Both the position numbers and the translations under genes were made by a program. Positions 1 to 9,063 of a DNA stretch of 64,000 bases are shown one piece after another (within the stretch, counting starts at the first letter, position 1; the number at the start of each line of letters is the position of its first letter). The stretch covers positions 1-64,000 of the forward strand of contig JBJKRI010000008.1 in assembly GCA_046704725.1 (NCBI GenBank), given 5' to 3'. Source of the DNA: Candidatus Woesearchaeota archaeon (GTDB taxonomy: Archaea > Nanobdellota > Nanobdellia > Woesearchaeales > SKIA01). The notes below the pieces were generated by a model, which saw only the letters and a list, made by a program, of their open reading frames with translations, did not search any database and was not told where the DNA came from.

Positions 1-968
1 CGTTCCAGAACTCGAGCCAGATGCTGCCTCCCACGAGCGCTACCGGAGACCTGAACGGCGATGGCACAGTCGATCTTCAGGACCTCATCATCGAGGTGCA
101 GAACATCCATAAGACGAGCGGCTGGACGGCGGGAGCGGACCTGAACGGCGACGGCAAGGTGAACATCTTCGACCTCGTGTTGCTCGTGCATCATTGGAAC
201 GGCTCTTCATTAGGCGCGTTGCACCCGCACGAACCTGCGGGGATGACCGTTATCGCGGATGCGAACGGCTCTGCGTACGTGGGCGACCAGAGCGCGAACG
301 GCGGCGATCCCGCCGCCTCCTTCAACCTGACGAACGCGTATCACTGGTATGCGCTGAAAGCGCCCACGCTCGCCGACATGATGCAGGTCGTGAACGACTC
401 TGGCAATCCGACCGGCTCGGGAAAGGCTGTGCTGATGCATTGGATGAACGGCACGGGCGGCGTGGCGGACACGGACATTCACTTCCCGTTCGACGCGCAG
501 AAGGTCTACATCGCGCTTCGTTTCGTGCAGGAGCCCGGATGGAAGATCGGCGTCGAGCCCGTGTTCACGTCGGGCGCGAAGTTCTATTACGTCGTCGAGC
601 ACGGGAGCAATGTCGGCCCGGTCGCGGTGCGCACGATGGACCAGCTCGAGATGGAAGGCTTCAGCAAGCCCGGACCGTTCTGGGATATCTACGCTCCCAA
701 CGAGATACTGTTCGAGAGCTATTGGCAAGGGGCCACGGTGAACGGCACGCCGTCCGGCGCAGGCACGAACGGCATCATAAAGGCGTGGATCAACGGAAAA
801 CAGGTCATGGATATCACGAACGCCACCTGGAGGATGGGGACCTACCACGCGGATGCCCCGTCCTTCGTGGACCTGAAACTGCCTTTCGGCAACATGAACC
901 AGCCCGGCGTTCCCGACGACAACCAATACTGGCGCGTCAGGGAGATCTATGTCGCGATAGCGAAATGA
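1..968 (+). CDS. C-terminal part of a secreted dockerin-like + jelly-roll (lyase/ConA-like) protein, 5' truncated by the window edge
   Basis: Frame is open back to position 3. Duplicated D-x-N-x-D-G-x-V loops (GDLNGDGTVDLQDL / ADLNGDGKVNIFDL), then the HPHEPAGMT module shared with neighbouring genes. Confidence 0.75.
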   Translation, partial: FQNSSQMLPPTSATGDLNGDGTVDLQDLIIEVQNIHKTSGWTAGADLNGDGKVNIFDLVLLVHHWNGSSLGALHPHEPAGMTVIADANGSAYVGDQSANGGDPAASFNLTNAYHWYALKAPTLADMMQVVNDSGNPTGSGKAVLMHWMNGTGGVADTDIHFPFDAQKVYIALRFVQEPGWKIGVEPVFTSGAKFYYVVEHGSNVGPVAVRTMDQLEMEGFSKPGPFWDIYAPNEILFESYWQGATVNGTPSGAGTNGIIKAWINGKQVMDITNATWRMGTYHADAPSFVDLKLPFGNMNQPGVPDDNQYWRVREIYVAIAK

Positions 969-1048
969 AATTTCGCGGCGATATACAGCGCGCTTTCCGC
1001 TGTCGAGCGGAGGAGAAGGCATAAATACCTTCGCTGCCGTCTCCCCAT

Positions 1049-1558
1049 ATGCGGATAGCGCGGTTCCTCCCGGTCGTTTGCGGCCTTCTGCTCCTCGCGT
1101 CGCTAGTCGCTGCCGCGCCGATCTGCCAAGCGCCCGCCGGAGCTCGGTGCTGGTACATCGCGCCCAACGGCAGCGACACGACCGGCACCGGCAGCTTCAC
1201 GAACCCCTACGCCTCGTCGCAATACGCCATCAAGAACATCTCGCCCGGCGATATCATCTATTTGCGGGGCGGGACCTACACGCAGGCCAACTCCTACGCT
1301 TGGTCCGCGGTGAGCTGGAGCGATTCCTCCAAGGGGGTCAGGCAATCCTTCGCGCACTTCGGCCGCGTGAGCCTCCCGGGCTGGGCCACATCCACTGGAA
1401 AGGACGAGAACTGGAACCCACCAGCGACAGGGACCAAGCAAGCACCCATCATCATGGAGCCCTATCCCGGAGAGAAGCCTATCCTGTACTTCACCGGAGG
1501 CATCGGTATCGCCGGCGCCGACGTACAATCCAGGGGCGGATTCCCTGGTGCTGCATGA
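1049..1558 (+). pseudogene. N-terminal fragment of a secreted parallel beta-helix (DUF1565/pectate-lyase-like) protein, truncated or frameshifted near 1505
   Basis: Signal peptide. WYIAPNGSD..G....P / PGDIIYLRGGTY / YPGEKPIL motifs are homologous to the start of 3413..6130, but the beta-helix core is missing. Confidence 0.6.
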
Positions 1559-3335
1559 TGACTTCAATTATGCGAGTACGGCGGACATTCTCAACGCGTA
1601 TCCGGTCCATACATCCAGCGCTGATGCGTACACCACACTCGTCCCGGGGATGGGCGGGGCCGGAGGCGCCATGCAGCTCGCGTACGGCCCGAGCACGACT
1701 ACTGCGATGAAGATCGGTCCCGAATGGGCGTTGCGCGGCGTGGGGACGTGGAACGGAACGCTTCCCGAGGTCGCTCCGCCCTACGACCACTTCTTCTTCA
1801 GCGCGTGGTTCCGTACCACTCCTGGTTGGGACCCGACCGTGGGAACGACGAGCAATGGAGGGCTCAAGGGGTTCATGTTCTATCACGCGAACCAAGGCGG
1901 AGCGGATGACACGGACGGAGGGAGGATAGAGGTCGGTCCATCGAGATTCAAATGCCAATCCAACAAGTATGGCTTCGCGACGATCGGGAGCAGCAACGAG
2001 AACAACTGCACCGGGGATGATATATACAAGACAGTCCCCGGCCCTCTGGCTGCGTATGCCGGTCAAGTGCCGTACTGGTCCTATTTCAATGACGGCAACT
2101 GGCACCACATCACTTTCGAGATACGGACTGCAGGAGGGCCGGACGGATACACGACGACCACCGGCGGAATGCGTATCTGGGTGGACGGCACGTTCATCTT
2201 CGACAACACAGGATTCGTGCTCGAGCCGAACCCTGGCCAAGGGGGCGTCCTCACGAAACCAGGCTCCCTGGACAACTTCGCAGAACCGATAGAGTACTGG
2301 GCTGTCTTCGGCAACGGCTGGCTCGGATCACCGGCGCAGGACGGGAACATCACTTTCGACAACTGGACCGCGTGGGTGCCTAAGAACACCACGACACCGA
2401 AAGCTACGACCGGACCGGGCGGAAGCATCGTCTTGACAGGACGCGGTTTCGGGAACGTGGACGCCACGCCAGCGTATTTCCAGACATACGATTCGCAATC
2501 ATTGGGAACGACCGCGGGAGCAACCGGGCTTGACGGAAAGGACGTTAGCTATCCCGCTCCCCTCGTTGCTGATTCGAAGGCCCACTCCGGCAGCAACTCG
2601 CTGTATAAAGATTACAACGGCACGAGCTCGTATCCCAAGATCGCCAAGTCCATCAACAACTCCACAGACCTGTACATGGGCATGTGGTTCTATTGGTCGT
2701 ACGCGGGCGGAACGCCGAACATACCAGTGTTCAAGCTGTGCCGTGCGAACAGCGGAGCGCTCTACTTCGGGAATCCCTCTTTTCACAACACCGTCCGCCC
2801 GCGCGGAGGCACCGTCACCGGCGGAGACACTGGCTATGTCGATGGAAGCTCGATATTCTCCACGACGCGCCCGTACACCGGACCCAGCGCCGGACACTGG
2901 TACTGGATGGAATACAAGTGGCGATTGTCCACGCCAGGCGTTGATAACGGGCTGTTCCAGTGGTTAGTGAACGGGAAGCTGAACGTCGATGACAAGCCAG
3001 CGACAACAAGAGAAGCGGGGAATACTGGAACGATCGATTGGGCCGTAACGCCGTTCGACGGACTGGACAAACGCGGAGCCGATAACATCAGCTACAAACT
3101 ATGGACCGACGACCTTGTCATCAGCCCGACGTTCGCGAGGGTCATCCTCACGAACGCGGAGAACTACAGCCAGTCCACTGATTGGGAGCCCGAGGACCCG
3201 ACAGCGTGGAACAACACGGAAGTCACCATCGCCAAACCAAGCTGGGGCGATTTCGCATCGGGAAGCACTGTGTACTTCCACGTGTTCGATGCGAACGACA
3301 GCGAGGTCGCGGTATTCCCGAGCACCGTCCCCTGA
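1548..3335 (+). CDS. Two jelly-roll (lyase-like) modules, the second within an IPT/TIG-like shell; probably the C-terminal half of the gene starting at 1049
   Basis: No signal peptide. The frame reads sensibly upstream (SPAPTYNPGADSLVLHDDF), resembling PSEPHPGPSSTMVFHDNF in 6793. DGNWHHI, WVDG and W.NG motifs. Confidence 0.65.
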   Translation: MLHDDFNYASTADILNAYPVHTSSADAYTTLVPGMGGAGGAMQLAYGPSTTTAMKIGPEWALRGVGTWNGTLPEVAPPYDHFFFSAWFRTTPGWDPTVGTTSNGGLKGFMFYHANQGGADDTDGGRIEVGPSRFKCQSNKYGFATIGSSNENNCTGDDIYKTVPGPLAAYAGQVPYWSYFNDGNWHHITFEIRTAGGPDGYTTTTGGMRIWVDGTFIFDNTGFVLEPNPGQGGVLTKPGSLDNFAEPIEYWAVFGNGWLGSPAQDGNITFDNWTAWVPKNTTTPKATTGPGGSIVLTGRGFGNVDATPAYFQTYDSQSLGTTAGATGLDGKDVSYPAPLVADSKAHSGSNSLYKDYNGTSSYPKIAKSINNSTDLYMGMWFYWSYAGGTPNIPVFKLCRANSGALYFGNPSFHNTVRPRGGTVTGGDTGYVDGSSIFSTTRPYTGPSAGHWYWMEYKWRLSTPGVDNGLFQWLVNGKLNVDDKPATTREAGNTGTIDWAVTPFDGLDKRGADNISYKLWTDDLVISPTFARVILTNAENYSQSTDWEPEDPTAWNNTEVTIAKPSWGDFASGSTVYFHVFDANDSEVAVFPSTVP

Positions 3336-3412
3336 GATTTGCTGATACGCTCGAACACCTGATTCTAGAGCCGAGAGGAGAGATTTATAAAGAGTGCTGA
3401 GGAGAAAGGCCT

Positions 3413-6130
3413 ATGCTCTCCCGGACGATGGTCTGCATGGTGCTGGGGCTTGCGCTGCTCGCTGCCTCGGCGACGGCCACGACGTATTATGTCTCTACTA
3501 CGGGCAACGACAATAATCCCGGAACGTTGTCGCAGCCCTTCCTCCACATCGGCAAAGGGGTCTCGGTCATCCATCCAGGAGACACGCTCGACATCCGCGG
3601 CGGGACGTATCGACTGCAGGTACCCAATACGTTCAGCTGGGGAAGCATGGGCGACGGCACGGCGACCAGCAATGTCACCATACAAGCGTATCCCGGCGAG
3701 CGCGTGGTCATCCTCGGCTCCATCAACACCTCCGGACGAACGTGGCAACAGTACACCACGAACGTCTGGCGCACGGACGCGAGCTTCCTCCCGAACGACC
3801 CGAAAGGGATGTTCGACACGAACCACTCCGCGCTCCTCGTGAACACAGTCCTTGAATACACCACGAACCGTATCGCCCACGCGATGCGATGGGTGTCGGG
3901 TTCGCGCAGCCACGGCAACGCCTCGCAGTTGACTGCGCCCGACGAGTGGACCAAAGCCGACGCGAACGGCGTCGGCTGCGGGAGCAGCAACACCGGTTGC
4001 TACATCTACCTCTACCCGCCGAACGGGGAGAACCCGAACAACCACGTGTACGAGCTCAGCCAACGAGGCTTGGGCATCATCACGTCCAACCACATCACCG
4101 TGCGGAACCTCGAGATATACTACACGCAAGCGACCCCTATCTTCTTCACGGGAGCGAACGACGCGCTCATCGAGAACAACATCTTCGGGCACACCAGCTA
4201 CGGGAACGACAACTCCTACGGGATGCGTATCTGGGACAGCGGAGGCGACGTCATCCAGAACAACACCGTCTTCGACTCCGTGTACTGGGGACTCGGAGAC
4301 GGCGAGAACGCGAACAGCAAGGGCATCACCTTCATGATCACCGACCCGAACAACCCGATCATCGTCCAGAACAATACCATCTACGACATCCCCGGACGAG
4401 CGGCCGTCGGGACCAAAGACGGCAGCTCTCACATCATCGTGCGCTACAACCACATCTACAACGTGGACACGGCGTTCGAGCCGGGCGGGGACCGCTGCAC
4501 GGACAACACCTACTATCCGCAATGCACGCCGGGCATGTCGAAATGGCGACCGGGAGGGAACTGGCAGATCTACGGGAACATCGTGGAGAACGCGACCACA
4601 GGCGTGAGCCTCACAGGATACGTGGTCGCCGACGATAACAATACCATCTACAACAACGTCTTCTACGGAGGGAGTACTGCTATCTACTTCGGGCACGCGA
4701 GCGGTTATTGGGACCAGAACACGAGCGCGAAAGGCTCCCACGGGGATGTTTTTGCGAACAATATCTTCATGGACCACACGACAGCCCTGTACCTGCAAGG
4801 TGGAGGCTCTGGCGTCACCCCCAATGATTTCCTCACGCAATACACGTCGCACAACAACGTGTTCTACAACAACGTGTGCTCTGCAGCCGACAACAGCTGG
4901 GGCCACATCGACGTTCCCGAGGATTTCCACATACATCCCACCAGCCAAGGAAGCGGTTGCTGGTGGGCTGGGGACTCGAACTACACCGTGAGCCAGTACC
5001 AATCCTTGTTCTCCACCGAGCAAGGGAGCATCGGGAGCGACCCGTTGTTCGTCGACCCCGCAGCAGGGGACTTCCACCTCCAGAGCGGCAGCCCGGCGAA
5101 AGGAACGGGCGACGCGTCCTATTGGAGCGCGAGCAGCGTGGATATCGGTGCGTACCCGAACGGCGGCTCGACGGTGACACCGCCCCCGCCATCAACGAGC
5201 ACCCCGGGAGACCTGAACGGCGACGGCCTGGTCGACCTCCAGGACCTCATCCTCGAGGTCGAGAATATCCACAAGACGAGCGGATACACCGCCGGAGCCG
5301 ACCTGAACGGCGATGGCACGGTGAACATCTTCGACCTGGTCATGCTCGTCCACCACTGGACTGGTGGGTCCTACGGCGCGCTGCACGGCCACGAGCCGAC
5401 GGGCTTCACGCTCATCGTCCAGCGCGACTTCAACCAGGTGAACGCGACCGGCTGGGACTTCTACTGCAAGAAACGTTTCTCCTTGGGCACTGACGCGAGC
5501 GCTCCTCAATCCCCACCGAGCATCGGGGTCGTCACGTTCGAATCGGGATACTCCGGAGAGGGTATCACCGGGTGTGTCGTGGGCTATTCGGGATGGGCCC
5601 GGTCAGATGCCTATGTGGAGTTCTGGTTCAAGGTGAGCAAGAACTGGCAAGGACACACGTCCGGAGTCAACAAGATATTCTACCTCACTGACAGCAGCAC
5701 GACGGGCGGCGGCAACCCATTCTACTTCGAGGTGCACGGAACCGGCTCGAACCCGTTATACTTCGGCATCACGCGCCAAGGATCGTTCACCCCCTCCCAA
5801 ACACTGCTGGAATGGAACGGCGCCATTCCCACTGGAGCGCCGAACGAAGTGACGGTCAACGCGAGCGACGCGCAGGTCGTGCGGGGCAAATGGTACCATA
5901 TCGAGGTCCTCGTCAACGGCAGCACCCCAGGTGTCGCGAACGGCGCGGTGCAAGCGTGGCTGGACGGAAAGGAGATACTCAAATACACGAACTTCGAGAC
6001 CTTCCCCTCCAGCTCCGACGGGACGCTCAACAGCCTGCGATGGGAGCCGATCTGGGGCGGTATCAGCAACACGAACGTCACCAACACCATGGAGCAGTAC
6101 ATGGACGGGATATACCTGAGCGGTAAGTAG
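3413..6130 (+). CDS. Secreted right-handed beta-helix + dockerin-like + jelly-roll (lyase-like) protein
   Basis: Signal peptide; YYVSTTGND; repeated I.NN.(I/F) coils; DPLFVD...DFHLQSGSPA...DIGAY; dockerin at about 5207-5360; TATA at 3384. Confidence 0.85.
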   Translation: MLSRTMVCMVLGLALLAASATATTYYVSTTGNDNNPGTLSQPFLHIGKGVSVIHPGDTLDIRGGTYRLQVPNTFSWGSMGDGTATSNVTIQAYPGERVVILGSINTSGRTWQQYTTNVWRTDASFLPNDPKGMFDTNHSALLVNTVLEYTTNRIAHAMRWVSGSRSHGNASQLTAPDEWTKADANGVGCGSSNTGCYIYLYPPNGENPNNHVYELSQRGLGIITSNHITVRNLEIYYTQATPIFFTGANDALIENNIFGHTSYGNDNSYGMRIWDSGGDVIQNNTVFDSVYWGLGDGENANSKGITFMITDPNNPIIVQNNTIYDIPGRAAVGTKDGSSHIIVRYNHIYNVDTAFEPGGDRCTDNTYYPQCTPGMSKWRPGGNWQIYGNIVENATTGVSLTGYVVADDNNTIYNNVFYGGSTAIYFGHASGYWDQNTSAKGSHGDVFANNIFMDHTTALYLQGGGSGVTPNDFLTQYTSHNNVFYNNVCSAADNSWGHIDVPEDFHIHPTSQGSGCWWAGDSNYTVSQYQSLFSTEQGSIGSDPLFVDPAAGDFHLQSGSPAKGTGDASYWSASSVDIGAYPNGGSTVTPPPPSTSTPGDLNGDGLVDLQDLILEVENIHKTSGYTAGADLNGDGTVNIFDLVMLVHHWTGGSYGALHGHEPTGFTLIVQRDFNQVNATGWDFYCKKRFSLGTDASAPQSPPSIGVVTFESGYSGEGITGCVVGYSGWARSDAYVEFWFKVSKNWQGHTSGVNKIFYLTDSSTTGGGNPFYFEVHGTGSNPLYFGITRQGSFTPSQTLLEWNGAIPTGAPNEVTVNASDAQVVRGKWYHIEVLVNGSTPGVANGAVQAWLDGKEILKYTNFETFPSSSDGTLNSLRWEPIWGGISNTNVTNTMEQYMDGIYLSGK

Positions 6131-6176
6131 GGCTCGGACGAGAGGTTTATAACTAGTGGGTCGCGGGAAGCACCCC

Positions 6177-6746
6177 GTGGCCCGTATCGGAGCGGCGGAA
6201 CGGCGCGAGTTCGAGCACATGCGCGAACGCCTGGTGGAGCGCATGGATGCGCTCGACGAACAAGTGGATGAGGGAAAGCTGTCCGACGATGCACGCGAGG
6301 ATGCACTTATCAAGGATTTCGGTAAGGACTGGCGCGAGACGCTCGTCAGCCTCAACGAGGTCATCCACACAGGGAAACGAGAAGCGTTCAACCATCACGC
6401 GCCGTTCGCGGCGGCCGTGGTGCTCGTCGTCGTGGGCCTTGCGGCGCTCGCCGGAGTGTTCGGGACGACCGTCGGATTCGCCACGCTCGACGGCGTGCAC
6501 CACTATACGCTCGTGCAGAGCTATCCGGTGACCGTGCACGGTGAGGGGACGTTCGTGCTCTCGAAGATCAGCGGGAGCCCCGGGACCTACGCGATCGAGC
6601 TCCAGGACGTGAGCGGCACACATACAGTGGCCGAAGCGGACGCGAACGGCGTGACCTGCACCGGATGCGGGAATACCTACACCGGACCGGCGACGATCGA
6701 CGTGCAAGGCGCTCCCGCGGCGAGGATCGCCGTCCAAACAAGCTGA
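6177..6746 (+). CDS. Hypothetical membrane protein (cytoplasmic helical N-terminus, one TM, small extracellular beta domain)
   Basis: TATA at 6146-6152 favours the in-frame GTG at 6177. The TM is followed by a TVGFAT motif. Confidence 0.6.
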   Translation: MARIGAAERREFEHMRERLVERMDALDEQVDEGKLSDDAREDALIKDFGKDWRETLVSLNEVIHTGKREAFNHHAPFAAAVVLVVVGLAALAGVFGTTVGFATLDGVHHYTLVQSYPVTVHGEGTFVLSKISGSPGTYAIELQDVSGTHTVAEADANGVTCTGCGNTYTGPATIDVQGAPAARIAVQTS

Positions 6747-6792
6747 TTCAGGGTATTCTCGAATGCACAAAGCATATTAGACTGTATCAGGA

Positions 6793-9027
6793 ATGCGATG
6801 CATGCGCATCGTGCCTCTCATGCGCGTATTGGCGGTCGCGCTCGCCGGGAGCGCTCTTGCGGCGCCGATACCCTTCGGGCCGTCCGAACCGCATCCAGGA
6901 CCGTCGAGCACTATGGTCTTCCACGATAACTTCGAGGAATACAACACCGTCGCGGACATGAAGGTCGCAAACGGCGGGAACTATGTCTTCAACACCGCGG
7001 GCTACGACCACATCAGCGTCTGCACCGCATGCGGATACGGCGGAAGCACGACGAGCCGCACAGGAAAAGCGGCCGAGTGGTTCTGGCCGACATCCACGAT
7101 AGAGCAGGACGAGATCATGGAAAAAGACAACTTCGCCTTTCCCGCCGCACCGAGCCAGGCTCCCGAATACTTCAGCTTCATGTACAGGACATCGCCGGGA
7201 TTCGTGTACCACACCGTGAGCCCGCGAGTGGGCAAGAAACACTTCCTCCTCATACGGCCCGGGAGCCTGGGCGCCCGCATCACCAACTACGGTTCGGGAT
7301 GGTCGCTCATGCAGACCAACGGCGTGAAGATCGACCCGAACACCTACCACTTGAGCCTCGCGCCCCAACCTGGAGACCTGAACTTCTCGGCTTGGGGATT
7401 GCAGGTGGGTGATCGCGACGGATTCGAACGCCAAGTGCTCTCGGATGGGAACTGGCACCGATTCACGTACGAGCGAGTCCCAGAGACTGTGGACGCGGCC
7501 ATGAACGGGAGCTACCTCGTCTGGATCGACGGGAACCTCGTGGCCAACTACAGCGACCTGGGAGACGGGGCGGGTCCCACCGCCATCGTACAGATATTCG
7601 GGACCTTCAACGGCGGCTCCTCCCAGGACCAATATGAATGGTTCGACAACTTCTCCGCGTGGTACGGCCCATCGCAGCACGGATCCGGCGCGTCGACATC
7701 CTGCTCGGCGAACGCCGACTGCACGCTGAACATCTCGTGCGGCGGGACAAGCCCATTGCCATTGTGCGGCGCCTCGGACTGCTATTGCGGGAACGACAGC
7801 GACCTCGGCTTCACGCCGCTACCCGCGGACGTGAACCTCGACCACGCAGTCGATGTGCGTGATCTTATCGTGCTCGTGCATGCGCTCGGATCCGGGACGT
7901 CGCGCGCCGACCTGAACAGGGACGGGAGGGTGGATATCTTCGACCTCGTGAGCGCGGCGCGCTCCCTCGCCTCGGGAGGCTACACGCCCGGAACGACACC
8001 GCCGCAAGCGCCGTCCAACGCGATAGCGACGCTCTCGGGAACGAACGCCTCCGGAGCCACATACGCCTTCTCGTGGGGCTCCGCGGCGGGCGCCACCGGA
8101 TACCACGTGACCGCAGGCTACAACGACGGCTCGTGGAGCACGAGTACCGACGTCTCCAGCACATCCACGACGCTGTTCTTCCCCTACCACGCCGACAACC
8201 AGTCAGCCAACGGATACGCGTGCGTGGCAGCGACCGACAGCGCCGGAACGAGCGGCACGAGCTGCAGCCCGGTGAGCGTACCCGCGCCGCCCACTAGTTC
8301 TGGAGGGAACACCTCGATGCCGCTCCTGTTCTCGGACGGATTCGAGAGCGGGAACCTCAGCGCGTGGGACGACATCTACAACCAAGCACTGTTCTCGGTG
8401 ACAACAGCGATAGCGCACAACGGCACGCACGCCCTCAAGGTCGTGTTCCCCGCAGGAACAGCGGGCGGTTCGATGAGCAAGTTCATCCTGCCAGGATACA
8501 CGCAGGTGGAAGCGAGCATGTGGGTGTACTATCCCAATAACTTCACGGGCGGATCGAAGCTCATGCTCTTCCATATCTCTAACACGTCGAGCCCGTGGAG
8601 CGCGTTCGGACGGGCGGGGGACTGCCCGAACGGGACCGATTTCGCCCTCTCGAACATCGTGAGCGGAGACATCCCGGGAGGAGGCATGACATTCTACACC
8701 TACTACGTTGGCGAGCCGAAAGAGCCGGACAACGTGACCTGCTGGGGAAGGTACGGGACAGGGGTCGCGCAATACTACTCGCCGCGGGAGATCTACCGCG
8801 GGTCCTGGCACCACATAGAGTTCTACGAGAAACTCAACACGCCCGGCCAGAACAACAGCATACAACGCTTCTGGCTTGACGGCGTCCTCCAAGGAGAATG
8901 GAAGGGGGCGGTCTTCCGGACGATACCCGACCTGCTGAACACCGCCTTCACGATCGAGCTGTCCACGAGTGGAATCACGAGCACGCAGGTATTTTACATC
9001 GACGATGTGAAGGTCTACGGCAGCTGA
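6793..9027 (+). CDS. Secreted jelly-roll + Cys-rich linker + dockerin-like + FN3-like + polysaccharide-lyase-like protein
   Basis: Signal peptide; ADVNLDHAVDVRDL/ADLNRDGRVDIFDL; LFSDGFESG...WHHIE...KLNTPG...WLDG...YIDDV. Confidence 0.8.
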   Translation: MRCMRIVPLMRVLAVALAGSALAAPIPFGPSEPHPGPSSTMVFHDNFEEYNTVADMKVANGGNYVFNTAGYDHISVCTACGYGGSTTSRTGKAAEWFWPTSTIEQDEIMEKDNFAFPAAPSQAPEYFSFMYRTSPGFVYHTVSPRVGKKHFLLIRPGSLGARITNYGSGWSLMQTNGVKIDPNTYHLSLAPQPGDLNFSAWGLQVGDRDGFERQVLSDGNWHRFTYERVPETVDAAMNGSYLVWIDGNLVANYSDLGDGAGPTAIVQIFGTFNGGSSQDQYEWFDNFSAWYGPSQHGSGASTSCSANADCTLNISCGGTSPLPLCGASDCYCGNDSDLGFTPLPADVNLDHAVDVRDLIVLVHALGSGTSRADLNRDGRVDIFDLVSAARSLASGGYTPGTTPPQAPSNAIATLSGTNASGATYAFSWGSAAGATGYHVTAGYNDGSWSTSTDVSSTSTTLFFPYHADNQSANGYACVAATDSAGTSGTSCSPVSVPAPPTSSGGNTSMPLLFSDGFESGNLSAWDDIYNQALFSVTTAIAHNGTHALKVVFPAGTAGGSMSKFILPGYTQVEASMWVYYPNNFTGGSKLMLFHISNTSSPWSAFGRAGDCPNGTDFALSNIVSGDIPGGGMTFYTYYVGEPKEPDNVTCWGRYGTGVAQYYSPREIYRGSWHHIEFYEKLNTPGQNNSIQRFWLDGVLQGEWKGAVFRTIPDLLNTAFTIELSTSGITSTQVFYIDDVKVYGS

Positions 9028-9063
9028 GAATAGCTATTTATACTCCTATTCTTGAAGGGCGTC

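Noticed and set aside
3365-5077. Long antisense and alternative-frame ORFs (e.g. 3365..5077-, 21362..22579-, 39038..40192-, 47835..48953-, 62106..63257+)
   Set aside because: Shadow ORFs of GC-rich coding strands; they overlap well-supported genes and have no motifs.
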